Assembly: GCA_028023455.1 (NCBI GenBank)
Contig: JAQFVV010000007.1
Coordinates: 19,468,001 to 19,532,000, forward strand
Length of the DNA stretch: 64,000 bases
Direction of reading: 5' to 3'
Origin: Epiperipatus broadwayi
Lineage: Eukaryota > Animalia > Onychophora
Shown here: positions 37,250-49,087 of the stretch, one piece after another
Layout: every line of letters begins with the position of its first letter
Position numbering within the stretch: position 1 is the first letter of the stretch
Notes under the pieces: generated by a model
Seen by the model: the letters and a program-made list of their open reading frames with translations, nothing else
Told to the model about the DNA's origin: nothing
The model's database searches: none
Position numbers and translations under genes: made by a program

Positions 37250-39450
37250 GATAGATTGCGATGGATTATTTCATTTCCTGAAATCTTATTTCTTCTTGAA
37301 CTGATATGATGACCGCCTAATACTTTACAATCCTCAAATAATATTTTATGAGCTTCCAGATAAAACAAATTTTAGCTTTGTACTAAGCCATTTGAGGCCC
37401 ATGGGATCTATAAATTATATGCTGTTTGTATGGATTCTCACATGCAAATACGCAATTCGGCATCGCTGCTGAAAAGCAGTTAAACGGTAATCATCACGAC
37501 TCAGATTATTCATTTTGGACGCTGGACGTAAAAAGTAATTTAAGCGCACTAAACTTATATAGCTGTGATACTCTCCTCCAGCGATGAATTAGAAATATCA
37601 TCGAAATTTTGAAAAGACTATCTACTTTAATAAACTAGATAAAATGATAGGGCTTTTATGAATAGGTAAATTTGAGTAACGCAAATTAAAAACAAAATTA
37701 GAAATTTTACATTCATTAATACATACCCTTTAAATTTTTAAATTTTATTTCGTCATTTAAATCGCATAAAAACGATTAGCAGTCTTTTCACTTATCAATA
37801 TTTCTAAAAACTATTACTGATCTCACAGTTATTCATACAATGGAAGATATATCCAGAGAAATAACCGCATAATCAGTTTTAAAATTTATATAGCTATTAA
37901 GATCTAAAACAATTTTCTAAAACAAACATTATTAAGCACTTCAACAATTCCACGAATAGTGGAAGTAATACTTTAAAAAACTTTAAATGTATAAAGTTGT
38001 CACGGAACTTATTTAATTCATGGAATCCGTTACGATCGAGGTGAAATGTGTATTTACAACCGTACAATTATCAATGAAGCCTTACTTCCTATATAATAAT
38101 CCATTTAAATGCTTATGTTGAGAGTCATGAGAAAAAACAGGCAGCAAAATATATAAGGTCTTTTCTAAATATAACATAATTTTAAATATAAAGGTTTCTT
38201 CTTTTTCCTTGATATACACAAATTTATTGTATATAATGAAATATATGGATCTTTAAAATAAAAAGAAATACACATATGAATAAACTCCAAAACTATTTTA
38301 TATATGTCATATATTATACATACATTTAAATAAAAATGCCAACTAACTCTATTTTTTTATATTATTTTGTTTCACAACCGTATCTTAATTAAGTACAAAA
38401 TGTCTGTAATTAAACTGAATGTTTGTATCCCGTATTCCTCTATACCAGTAAAGCTTACTATATATATATATATATAATATTCTTAAATTTAAAAAAGCTT
38501 ATTAAATAGAATATATTTATATATTTCTTTCTATTATATATATGCAATATAAAAATATATATGGTGCTGGATATTTATTTACTCGCGTTACTTTTTAAAC
38601 TATGCGAATAAAATATACATTTATTAATAATTGGTTATTAAAAAATAGCTACATTGCATTTGCATATATGCAAAATTGTTTGATACTTATATAAAAATTT
38701 GCATTGATTCATTGATTGCATTATTGCTTCAATCTTTTTTCTTTTATGTCGCTAAATGTATTGAGATTTATAAATTCAAAATAAAGATAATACTTTAAAA
38801 AAATTTATACGGTCTTTTAAAATTAAAACTCAATGGCTTCGAAAGAAAATTCTGACCCGTTGGACAAAAATGTAACAAATATTTCAGGAACTAACAGCGA
38901 TAGTTCAGATGATATAAAAAAAGCACGTACTTCTAGTGAAATACCTAATTGGAGAAAGTTTAAAAGGTGGATTTTTTCAACCGAATATATGCTTCGAACT
39001 CCTTCTCGACTTTTGGGAATGTCTGAATCAGAAGAGCTATACAATCGCCAAATAACTGCAACTGCTATAGTAAGTGCAGGTTATTGTTTGCAATTTAATG
39101 AACTAATTATATCATCTGCTATAGTAAACTGTCAAAGATTTTTTATGCTTTTTGACTTTGAAAATTACAATTGTTATGAAGTTGCTGTTGCAACGCTATT
39201 TCATTCGTGCCGATTTTTCGAACGAAAACATCTCGTTTCACTTGAAAAAATTCGTTTAACTGTTAGACAAATTGTACAAGACTTATTCTCGAATTTGAAT
39301 TTAAATTTAGATAAACGAAATATAATAACAAAATATGACTTACTTGTAAGATATCTGTCAACTGGCCCTTTAACGTTAGTAATTGAACTTCCTCAAAATC
39401 TCATACTGGGCATAAAATTTGAATGTCCTTATGTAACTGACGAAATAATT
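37250..39450 (+). promoter_or_regulatory. CpG-retaining region: likely promoter/5' end of the cyclin gene
   Basis: CpGs are conspicuously more frequent here than in the flanking repeats and the 3' two-thirds of the ORF (visual estimate). Confidence 0.4.
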
Positions 39451-41361
39451 GAAAATAGTTTTGAAATAGCTATGGATCTTTTGGCTATATGTCCTGAATT
39501 TTCTCTTTGTTATTATCCAGCTGTGGCTGCTACATTGTGCTTGGGTTTATCATTTTTGAGAGTAGAAGGATCTCTACCTGTACAGAATCACAGGGGTAGA
39601 CTTTGGTATCAGTGGTTGAATGATGATATTGAATGTGAAATGTTAGGAAGACTCTGTGACAGTATACATAAGTCATGTAAACGTTTTTCTACAGAATTTT
39701 ATGAATTAATATCCAAATGTAGAGGTAGTAGTAATTTCCAAATTGAAAACCAATCAAATGGAAAAATAACAGCATATAATATTTCCTGTAAAGCTTTTAA
39801 TTTATCAACACTATTTTTTAAGATTTCAGTTGAGCTCATGTCTTCAAAACCACACTTATTTACATTTCCAATAGTAATATATAAAACTGAAGATAAATCT
39901 GAAACAGAATCTATTGTAAATCCAACTTCATTTGAGTCAGCAATAACTACAGTTGTTTTTTATTTCAGCAGATTGAAAGATAAGGTTTCAAACATAATTC
40001 AAATGCAAAATGGATTAAATAAAGAAGAGGCACAGACAACAGATAAAGTAATACAAACTAGAGATTGCAAAAATAAAATCATGAAATACATAGAAAATCT
40101 ACCTGAAAAGGAAAAAAGCATTATAATGACTCAAACTAATTCACTATGTCCTGAGATTGTTCCTTTGAATGCATCTTCTTCTAAACATGATTTATCTTTT
40201 GGTGAACAAGCAATGGCATTAGATAAGGAAAGAGCTGGACGATCACTCTTAAGAATTGCATCAGATAAACTTTCTGAGTGTATTAAACACTTTTCCTATT
40301 TAAATTTGAAAAAGTCTAAGATTTCCAAAAAAGTATCAAGATCTAAGAGACATAAAAATAAAATTAAGGAAATCATGAGTGAAATAGGGACTAGATGTCC
40401 AAAATTGATATTGCCTTTGATAGAAACAAAAGAACAAAATGTCAGTCCAACAACATCTAATGTAAAAGAGCTGATAGGATCTGAGATCAGTTTAAAATCA
40501 GAACCAATCAGAGATGGCTTTCATCGAAGTTCATCCCAGCAGATAAATACTGGAGCAAGACCAAAAGAAAAACAGAAAATAACAATTAAAAGCAATTTGA
40601 AATCAGAAAAAGAGCTGATAGAACCTGAAGTCAGTTTAGAATCAGAACCAATCAGAGATGGCTTTCATAGAAGTTCATCCCAGCAGATAAATACTGGAGC
40701 AAGACCAAAAGAACAACAAAAGATAACAATTAAAAGCAACTTGAAATCAGAAAAAGAGCTGATAGGACCTGAGATCAGTTTAGAATCAGAACCAAACAGA
40801 GATGGCTTTCATCAAAGTTCATCCCAGCAGATAAATACTGGAGCAAGACCAAAAGAAAAACAGAAGAGAACAATTAAAAGCAATTTGAAATCAGAAACAA
40901 ATATAGATAAATTTCTTCAATGTTCTATCCAACAGCCAACATCAGAAACAACTGAAGATTCACTTCATCAAATTTCATCCCAGTTTCAATTTGACCAGTT
41001 CACTACTTCAGATGACTGGCTATCATTCTATCCACAAATTTCTGCTGAATCATTTGCTTCACCTGATTTACTAATTCCTGCCCAATCATTTTCTTTAGAT
41101 TTGCCTCCTCTGTCTCATCCCACAGTGATACTTCCAGATATTTCTGAATTACATGATTCACGTGACTTATCACCTCCATATTTTCCACAAATTTCTGCCA
41201 ATCCATATTCTTTAGATTTGCCACCTCTGTATGATCCGTCCCCTCAGTCCTTAATATTTCCAAGTTTTTCTCAAGACCATCAAATGGAAAAAAAAGTCCC
41301 TGACAATATAAAATATTCACTTAAGTCTAAAAAAAAGAAAAGAAAGAAAAAAAAAAGATAA
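38833..41361 (+). CDS. CycT: Intronless divergent cyclin T-like protein (842 aa): double cyclin fold (~38962-39687), unknown middle region, 3x48-aa repeats, basic C-terminal tail
   Basis: KRWIFSTEYMLRTPSRLLG..EELYNRQ..A..G..L..LIISSAIV..QRFFM..F..VA.A.LF parallels cyclin T 'KRWYFTREQLENSPSRRFG..ELSYRQQAA..G.RL..LTINTAIVYMHRFYM'. The second fold LVIELP, FSLCYYPAV and PV..GRLWYQWL parallels LTIDHP, FSLQYTPPV and PV..GKHWWEYV. An in-frame stop lies 15 nt upstream of the ATG, and AATAAA is at about 41589. Confidence 0.85.
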   Translation: MASKENSDPLDKNVTNISGTNSDSSDDIKKARTSSEIPNWRKFKRWIFSTEYMLRTPSRLLGMSESEELYNRQITATAIVSAGYCLQFNELIISSAIVNCQRFFMLFDFENYNCYEVAVATLFHSCRFFERKHLVSLEKIRLTVRQIVQDLFSNLNLNLDKRNIITKYDLLVRYLSTGPLTLVIELPQNLILGIKFECPYVTDEIIENSFEIAMDLLAICPEFSLCYYPAVAATLCLGLSFLRVEGSLPVQNHRGRLWYQWLNDDIECEMLGRLCDSIHKSCKRFSTEFYELISKCRGSSNFQIENQSNGKITAYNISCKAFNLSTLFFKISVELMSSKPHLFTFPIVIYKTEDKSETESIVNPTSFESAITTVVFYFSRLKDKVSNIIQMQNGLNKEEAQTTDKVIQTRDCKNKIMKYIENLPEKEKSIIMTQTNSLCPEIVPLNASSSKHDLSFGEQAMALDKERAGRSLLRIASDKLSECIKHFSYLNLKKSKISKKVSRSKRHKNKIKEIMSEIGTRCPKLILPLIETKEQNVSPTTSNVKELIGSEISLKSEPIRDGFHRSSSQQINTGARPKEKQKITIKSNLKSEKELIEPEVSLESEPIRDGFHRSSSQQINTGARPKEQQKITIKSNLKSEKELIGPEISLESEPNRDGFHQSSSQQINTGARPKEKQKRTIKSNLKSETNIDKFLQCSIQQPTSETTEDSLHQISSQFQFDQFTTSDDWLSFYPQISAESFASPDLLIPAQSFSLDLPPLSHPTVILPDISELHDSRDLSPPYFPQISANPYSLDLPPLYDPSPQSLIFPSFSQDHQMEKKVPDNIKYSLKSKKKKRKKKKR
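40465..40896 (+). repeat. Three in-frame 144-bp (48-aa) tandem repeats
   Basis: Units start at 40465, 40609 and 40753: KELI(G/E)(S/P)E(I/V)SL(K/E)SEP(I/N)RDGFH(R/Q)SSSQQINTGARPKE(K/Q)QK(I/R)TIKSNLKSE. Confidence 0.97.
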
Positions 41362-42074
41362 AATTTTATCAAACATCAATTTTTATTCATTTTTTTATTC
41401 ACACATTTTGTATATTGTTTATCTTTAGAATTTGAAATTGAATATTTAAGATTTTCTAAATTTTTTATTATTGTATTTTTAATATATTTTGAAGTTGTAA
41501 TAATTTTTATTCAGCTTTGAAAATTATGTGTAAACAATTATTTTAAATTTGTAACATTTATTTTTACAATATCATTGAAGTTTTCTCAATAAAGTTTTTT
41601 TTATGCAAATTGTTGTACAGTATTTTGTATTGTTGAAGAATTTTATTTCCAATTAATATTTAAATATCATACTGAAACTGTTTATAGTCACAGATCGATA
41701 AATAAATTTAATATTTGTAATAACATTAATAATTTTAGATTTAAGTGTATTTGTAATTAGTATTTTAATACCAATTATATGAAGAAAAGATAAATATACA
41801 TTTCATTTATTAAAACAATTAAGAAATCAACGGTTACAATTACAAACTATTGATAATAGCTGGAGTAAAAAGCAAAATGTACCTAAAGAATGAAAAAAAG
41901 TAAGTTTATATCTTTAAACTATGTTACTAAAAAATGGTTTATATTGTTGATCTAAAATTAAATTATTATTATGATATACTAATGTTTTACATACATGTTT
42001 AAATTATTAATATATTTAAAATAGTAAGCATTTATTTTAACAAAATTGTAAATAGGTATTAAAAAAATTTAATC

Positions 42075-43280
42075 AAGATAATTACAACTCCTCTATAGAG
42101 AATATTGTATTTCAACAAACCAAAAAAAAAAAAAAAACTGGATTTGAAAGTGGTTTTACATTCAAGTATTGAAAAAATTTATAGAAAAAGCCAATGAATA
42201 TGAGTTGCCATTATGCTTTGGATTTGTAGATTATAAAAAGGTATTTGTTTTTATAAGCATTTTTTCAATGATTAAAGGATTGGATCATCAAGGTATAGAC
42301 TCAGGATATTGTTATATTCTGAAGAATATTTATAAAAATGTAATGGCAACAATTAGATTACATAATTATACTACGAAGGTAAAAACATCTAGAAGAGTGT
42401 AAGACAAGGTATTGCCATATCTCCAAAACTTTTTACAGCAGTGCTGTAAGAAGTATTTTATGGATTAAAATGGGAAGCTAAAGGAGTAAAAGTAAATGGA
42501 GATTATTTAAGTCATGTAGATTTTGCAGATTATGTAATTTTTTTTCCAAATAATGTTTCAGAGCTTCAAAAATGTTGCAAGAGTTAGTAGATGAAAGTAA
42601 GAAAGTAGGACTAAAAGGAAATGTTAAAAAGACTAAAAATAATATTCAATGGATTTTCTTAAAAGATAAAAAATAAAAATTAATTATGATGTGTTAGAAG
42701 ATGGTAACAACTACAAAGTCCTTGGTCAGATTATTACTGCAGATGAAAACATAATGGATAAAATTAATCATAGAATTAAACTTGGTTGGAGTGCCTTGGT
42801 AGAAATAGCTTAATATTAAAAGGAAATATGCCTATGTGTTTATAAAGGACAGTTTTTAATAAATGTGTTTTATCAGTTCTTATATATGGATCTGAGACTT
42901 GGACACAATAGAAGAGTAATATAGAGATTTCAAGCCACTCAAAGAAGTATGGAGAGATGCATGTTACGAATAATAATAAGATATCGAAAATGCAATATAT
43001 GGGTGAGAGAACAAACAGGTATTACTGACATCATTGAAAGAATTAAAAGACTGGAGTTGGGCTGGATATATTGCTAGAAGAGGTGATAATATATTTACAA
43101 TTGAAATCTTAAACTGGATTTCACAAGATTGTAACAGACCCAGAAGGAAACCACTTGTGAGATCGATGGATGAAATAAGAAAGTGTGTAGGGGTCATGTG
43201 ATGAAGAGAGGCTAGAAATAAAAAAAACTTAGACCTTCATTATGCAGTGGATTGATAATGGTTGAGGATGATGATGATGA
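42075..43280 (+). mobile_element. 5'-truncated, degenerate RTE LINE (same family as 55583-58820)
   Basis: Colinear with about 57590-58820, with many stops and indels, FADY at the catalytic site and a (GAT)n tail. Confidence 0.92.
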
Positions 43281-44124
43281 GAAAATAATGAGTTTTTTAA
43301 AAATATGTTATATTTCTAAAATAATAATCTTCTGAATTTGGTAAAAGTTTTCACAAGTCAAACTTTATAGAAATCATTCAATTTCTCTTATAAATAACTT
43401 CATTTTATAATAACCTTTAATGTACCTAAAAATAAACACTTTTATCTAGTTCTCAAATTCTTATGTGCAACTAATTTTAAAGAAATGAACAATTATGTTA
43501 GTGACAATCTTAGCAAGGCCTACATCTAATCTGTTCACCTTTTCATATTATTCCATTAATTTCAACAGTTGTTAATAAATAATAACTATTAAACATGTAA
43601 CCTTAAGATTATGAAATAATGTGAAGGAAAACTACTTTCCACGCATGCGCTATAAAATAGAAAAATAGACGTGCATTCTCACAACTATAAATGTTTTAAA
43701 TGGTCTATCTATGCTTAGAGATTATTCTTTAATTAAATGAACATTTATTGACTGGCTTGAATTTAGGGCTTGATCTTACTGTAAGCCTGCTTTTAAATTG
43801 GAAGATATTGCAGGGAAAAGAAACGTTCTCATTTTTAATTATCTGTGATACTGAACCTTATTTAAGTTAATAAATATAATAATAATATAATGAGTGTGCT
43901 AATAGCTCTAACCAAACTTTTTTGATAAATGCACCAAGAGAAAGCAATTAAAATTTCTATTTAGAATTATCCTTACATTTGTAAATATGAGCTAATTAAG
44001 TCACATGATTTATGACTTTTTTCCCCTTAATGATAATAATGTAGTAATTTATACACATATGAAATTTTAATGAAAACAAATATTTTTCAAACATGCATTA
44101 TAAAATAATTTATGAAATTTCCCA

Positions 44125-45324
44125 TTAAAGGAACCGAGTAGGGCACAATCCTAATATCCACTCCATATGTTCTTGTCATTGCAGCTTACTATGTGATTAT
44201 TCATAGTGTATACGAACATGGGTATGCTGCTCACCAACATGCATTAGCAAGCGTGGTAAGTTTATTAGCTGTTTACCTCTGAGTTTAAGATCAAGAAACA
44301 CCATGGACAGGGCAGAATGAATGTAAGTGTAAATAATAAATATTTTTCCAATAGATATATGCAATCATGACAGACAAAAATAAATCATGGCCCTTATTCC
44401 CAGGAGGCTGTAAATTCACCAACCAAGTCAGCAGTTGGTGGCCAAAGGCAGAGGGTGCTAAAAATCCCCTGATTGTGGATCCAGGCTGCCACTTGATGAT
44501 GACTTTTTATTTAGGAACTTACAACTGCAGATCACTTTCAAGTAAAGAAAGATTGCAAGAATTAGAAGAAGAACAGTCTTATGTTAAATTGGACATTATT
44601 GGACTTCGTGAAGTTAGAAGAAAAGGTGAATTGATTTAAAAAGTGGACATGTACTCTACTATAAAGGCACAAATATTGGAAAATATAAGTGGAGTAGGAT
44701 TCCTTAAGAAGTGGAAGAATTACATTGTGGAGATTGATGGTGTATTAGACAGAGTGGCAAGATTAGTTATACAACTTAATAGCAGATACCAAATGCAGAT
44801 AATTCAGGTTTATGGTCTAACAAGTTCTCATAGTGATGAAATAGTAGAAGATTTTCATATGAAAGTACAAAAGGCTTGTGATCAGAGTAAACAACATTTA
44901 AAAATTGTTATGGGAGACTAATGCTAGAATTGTTAAACAAATGAAAGATGAAAGTGCTAATAGATAATTTTGGTTATGGTAATAGAAATAAAAGAGGACA
45001 TAGACTTGTGGAGTTTGCCGAAAAAGAAAAAAATTATATTATAAATTCTTTTTTTTTTTTTTAGAAAAATATTAAAATGAAATGGACATGGAAGCATCCA
45101 AATGAAGGTACAGCAGAATTGGATTATATTTTGACTAATAGAAAATACATATTTAACACAGGAATCATCGATTAGTAAGATGCAAGATACGTGTTAATGC
45201 AAAACTAGAGAGACAAAAATTATTAAGAAAAACAATATTTACAGTTGATATTCCTAATCTTCAGAAACATTCAAATGAATTCAAATTAGAACTTACAAAT
45301 TGATTTCAAGTATTAGTAGATTTT
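44125..45324 (+). mobile_element. RTE LINE copy, 5' part (5'UTR + APE endonuclease); continues at 52045
   Basis: Matches 55583-56845 (TYNCRSLSS..ELEEE, DIIGL.EVRR, IIQVY, VMGD). It breaks at ATTAGTAGATTTT. Confidence 0.93.
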
Positions 45325-45897
45325 TTTCTTCCAAAATAACCTTTATTTGAACAAAAAGTTAAATATACAGTGTAATTTAGAGTTCTTGTTTAAAATCAGG
45401 GGTGATTAGTCTTGTACTATTGTTAAGTATGAATCATGAAGAATTAAACATATTAAATAAGTGGACTAATAATGAGATTGAATACCAGAGCATTGTATAA
45501 AATAAATTGTAAAATCATGTTTGTTTAACAAATAGCATATATTAAATTGAATATTGATGAGCAATGGATATTAACAAGTGATAGTATAAAGTGAGTAACT
45601 TTCAACATCTCACATTTTTAATGATAAAAACTCATTTAATCCATAGTATTAACTAAACATTCATTGTGCAAATACCTTATCATTGTAAACTGAAAACCAT
45701 TAGTCATAATTGTGGCATGAGTGTGGATTATATCAAGACACATTAAAGACTGAGTTGTTATTAAATTAGATGATGTATATAGGATTATAAGTAAAATTTT
45801 ATGTTATGTTACTTATCAGATATGATCTAAGTTGGCATATAAATCCCATGGTGTGTAAAGTTTAAGTATCATGAATAAATTATGTACATGGTTATTG

Positions 45898-48800
45898 TTA
45901 AATATTTGATTGACTCCGTGTTTGCTTGGTGAGGCTAGGCAGGCAGGTTCTTAGATCACTTTCTTTAGCTTTATATAGTAACTTTAGGAAAAGGTCTTCA
46001 ATGGAACCGGCTGACTCTTTATCAAATAATGCCTTACATCTAATCTTCCATATGACAAAATTTAATGAAAATGGCCAGGTGGATGGAGCCAAAATTTCCA
46101 TTTTTGAATGCATCACTAAGGTGGACATTTATAGAGTTATACCCCATAATCCTCTGTAGGGTGATATTTTGTAACCGAGTCTACCATTCAAATTGATAGA
46201 ATATGTGTTCAATGAACTCATCAAATCTTCTACAAAGGGTACATATGGTATCAATATTATGTCTTCTCTGGTTACAAAGAAACATCTCTGTACGTAAGGC
46301 TCCAAGGTTGACCTTAACCAAAAATCCACAAACTTTGGTTCCAATTTCAGGAACATGGTCAGCCTTATGAGACAAGGAATTCCAACTGGGAGAATATTCT
46401 CTGTCCTAGATTTACCAGAGTGAATTAATTGAAAAGAACTCCAGTAAGATATTTTTTCATCAAACATGGAGCTAGAGCTTTTGATGATATTGAATACAAT
46501 AGTTAGTTGTTGTTGAATCCAGATATTTTTTTACGAGGGGGTGGGCAATCAGTGGGGATTATTTTTTCTAAGGGTATGGGACTTTCTATGTTTGCATTGT
46601 CTTTGAAAATTTTAACAAGGACATTATAAGTCCTCTGTTGTTTATCAAGTGCAGTCCTAATCCATTGAGATGTCTTGGTTTTTGCAAAATATTAAGACTT
46701 ATTGCAGGTGTCTTCCCTCCTCAGCATAGCTTTCTGCATAGAGATTCAACCTTGTGGATGAAGCAAATTGTTGGTGAAAAACCAGCTAGATAATAAGTAA
46801 TTTTTGGTAAAATCACAATATTGAAAAGTGCAACTTTTCCAAACAGGAAAAACTAAATTTTAGATAGTGAAATAATAGCGTTTTTAATCTTTAAAAGTAA
46901 TGAAATTTTCAAGTTCTTTTCTAATAGCTGCTGGAGAAGAAGCAATACTAAAAACAAGAAATTTCTGTGGGGGAGCTTTTAGTCTACCAGATATTTGCTT
47001 CCCTGTCAGGATGGACCACATTGCTGACTTCACTCCATTAACTCCCAGGCCAAATTCACATATGAACTGGTCTAGCAGTCCCTCAAGTCGAGACCAAATT
47101 CACATATGAACTGGTCTAGCAGTCCCTCAAGTCTAGTAAACTCATCCTCAGATGAGAGAAACACAACCACATCATCCATATAGGAAATGTGGCATATGTT
47201 ATATCTCAGCAAAGGAATGTAAATCGAAACTGTGAAGAGTAGTGCACTTAGTGGTGAGCCCTGAGGAATAAATACACAGGGCTGAAAGCTCGGAACAACT
47301 CTTCTATCCAGTGAGAGAAACACTTCTCTGTTAAGGAGAAGGTTCTTGATCATCTGAAGGTATGCCAGAGGCACTTGGAGTTCCTCCAGTACACCAAGCA
47401 GCACATCAATCCTGACAAAATCAAAGGCTCTGGCAAAATCGAGTTGAATTGCAACTGGCCATGGCATTTCTTCCTGCAAACATGATTGATTAGGAGTCGA
47501 AATTGACTGATAGATCGGCAGTAGAGCTCTTTTTTTTGCAAATTGATAGGTGGATAATTTTTCAATAATGTTTGCTTGGATATCCACTCTGATAAGGCAT
47601 TCAATAGTTTTTACAAGTAGCAGCACCATAGAGATAGGCCAAAGATTATCAAGATACTTTTGACCCTCAGGTTTTTTAACAAGTGGGACTATGCCTATTG
47701 AGCAAAGCCCATTTATTTCTTTGCTGCCAATAGCCAAGAAGTCTATCATTTTTTATAATGAGGACTGAGAAGTTGTGTAAGTGAAGTAATAAGAATTTTG
47801 ATATTCCATGCAATCCAAGGTGTGTTTTATCAGGGAATAATGTAATATTTGAAAGGATTCTTGCTTCAGTAATTTTGTGTTGATTAGAGTGTTCATAAAT
47901 AAAACATTTCCATGCAAATAGTGGTTGGAATTTTTTGCATAAAATTACTGAATTCTAAGGAGCATGGAAGAGCTGGTATAGCAGTTGTCTTGTATCTCAA
48001 TGGACCAAGGGGACTTTGATCTTCAGCTAAAGCCAAGGGCCCATATCAGGTACCCCCTGGTCCAGCAATGCTGGTGATGGAGATATTGTCTGGCCCTTCT
48101 TATTGATAGGTACTCAGCAATTCCCTTTTGTGCAGTGTTGTATTTGGATTTTAAATTTAAAATGTTAGGAATATTTTGTGCTTCATATGAAAGCTTTTTG
48201 ATATCATGTGCTATGGAATCAAGCTCATTGAGTAGGCTAACCAGACCTTTAGTTTTATCAGTACAAGAATTTATTAACTTTGTTAGTGTCTCAGTAAAAG
48301 TCTTCCATGCTTTTATCACAGGGAGTGTTAAAATTTTTGTTCTATGGAAATTGATGTAAGCTTTGGAGATCTGTTTAATAGTGGCATTAAACTTTGTAAG
48401 TATTTGAACCATCCTTGGCATCTCAATGATAGGTTGTAGAGTGTTTCTTGAAATTATTTTAATGTCCAGAGTGTAATAATCAGAGAATGTAATTGACCAC
48501 AGATGAGCTTCTATTTGTGATGATAATAAAGGTGAAGAAAAAAGCAGATCAATTAGGAACGTGATAATTTTGTATAGAAAAAGAATGCTTCATCATCAAA
48601 GAAGAATTTTCTGCTGCACAAAGGTTGATTTATGTTCCCAATATATTTTTTTGAAAGACTTGGTATGCATTGTTAAAATCTCCAATGATAATCATTTCAA
48701 AAGGGCAAGTCTTCAGTGTTGAATTAATTGCATTAATCACTCTTGTAACAATTTCTGGAGATTTAGGGAGATATACATTTATCAGAATAAAGTACCAGCT

Positions 48801-49060
48801 TTGATATTGTATGATGGAAATTAGGCAATTAGAGTCAATGAATAGTATTTTGAACAATGTGATTTGTGAATTCTTGCTGATTATGATCGCCACCTCTTCA
48901 GAAGCTGAATAAGAGAAGGAGTAGTGAAAATATCCAAAACTATGTATCATATCAATTATGTGTGAGTCTGACTGCAAGTTCAGTTTAGTCTAACACTTAA
49001 AATATCAGGGCTATAAGAATGAAACCAATGTGACAAAGCATATGCCTGTCATGAGAATTT
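45898..49060 (-). pseudogene. L1/Tx1 ORF2 remnant (APE endonuclease - RT - CCHC)
   Basis: INVYLP and IIGDFN (48630-48977); PISMV, QLDFARAFD, IPQGSPLSALLF and YMDD (47072-47749); CTLC..EFIEHIF (46181-46375). The linker at 48023-48421 is homologous to 12823-13221. Confidence 0.88.
47050..47133. repeat. 44-bp tandem duplication inside ORF2
   Basis: CCAAATTCACATATGAACTGGTCTAGCAGTCCCTCAAGTC occurs at 47050 and 47094. Confidence 0.95.
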
Positions 49061-49087
49061 AAGCCTCATATGCTGGCAGATACAATG

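Noticed and set aside
37430-37600. snRNA gene suggested by the octamer ATGCAAAT at about 37442
   Set aside because: No recognisable U snRNA, tRNA or other structural RNA sequence nearby. An 8-mer is expected by chance at this AT content.
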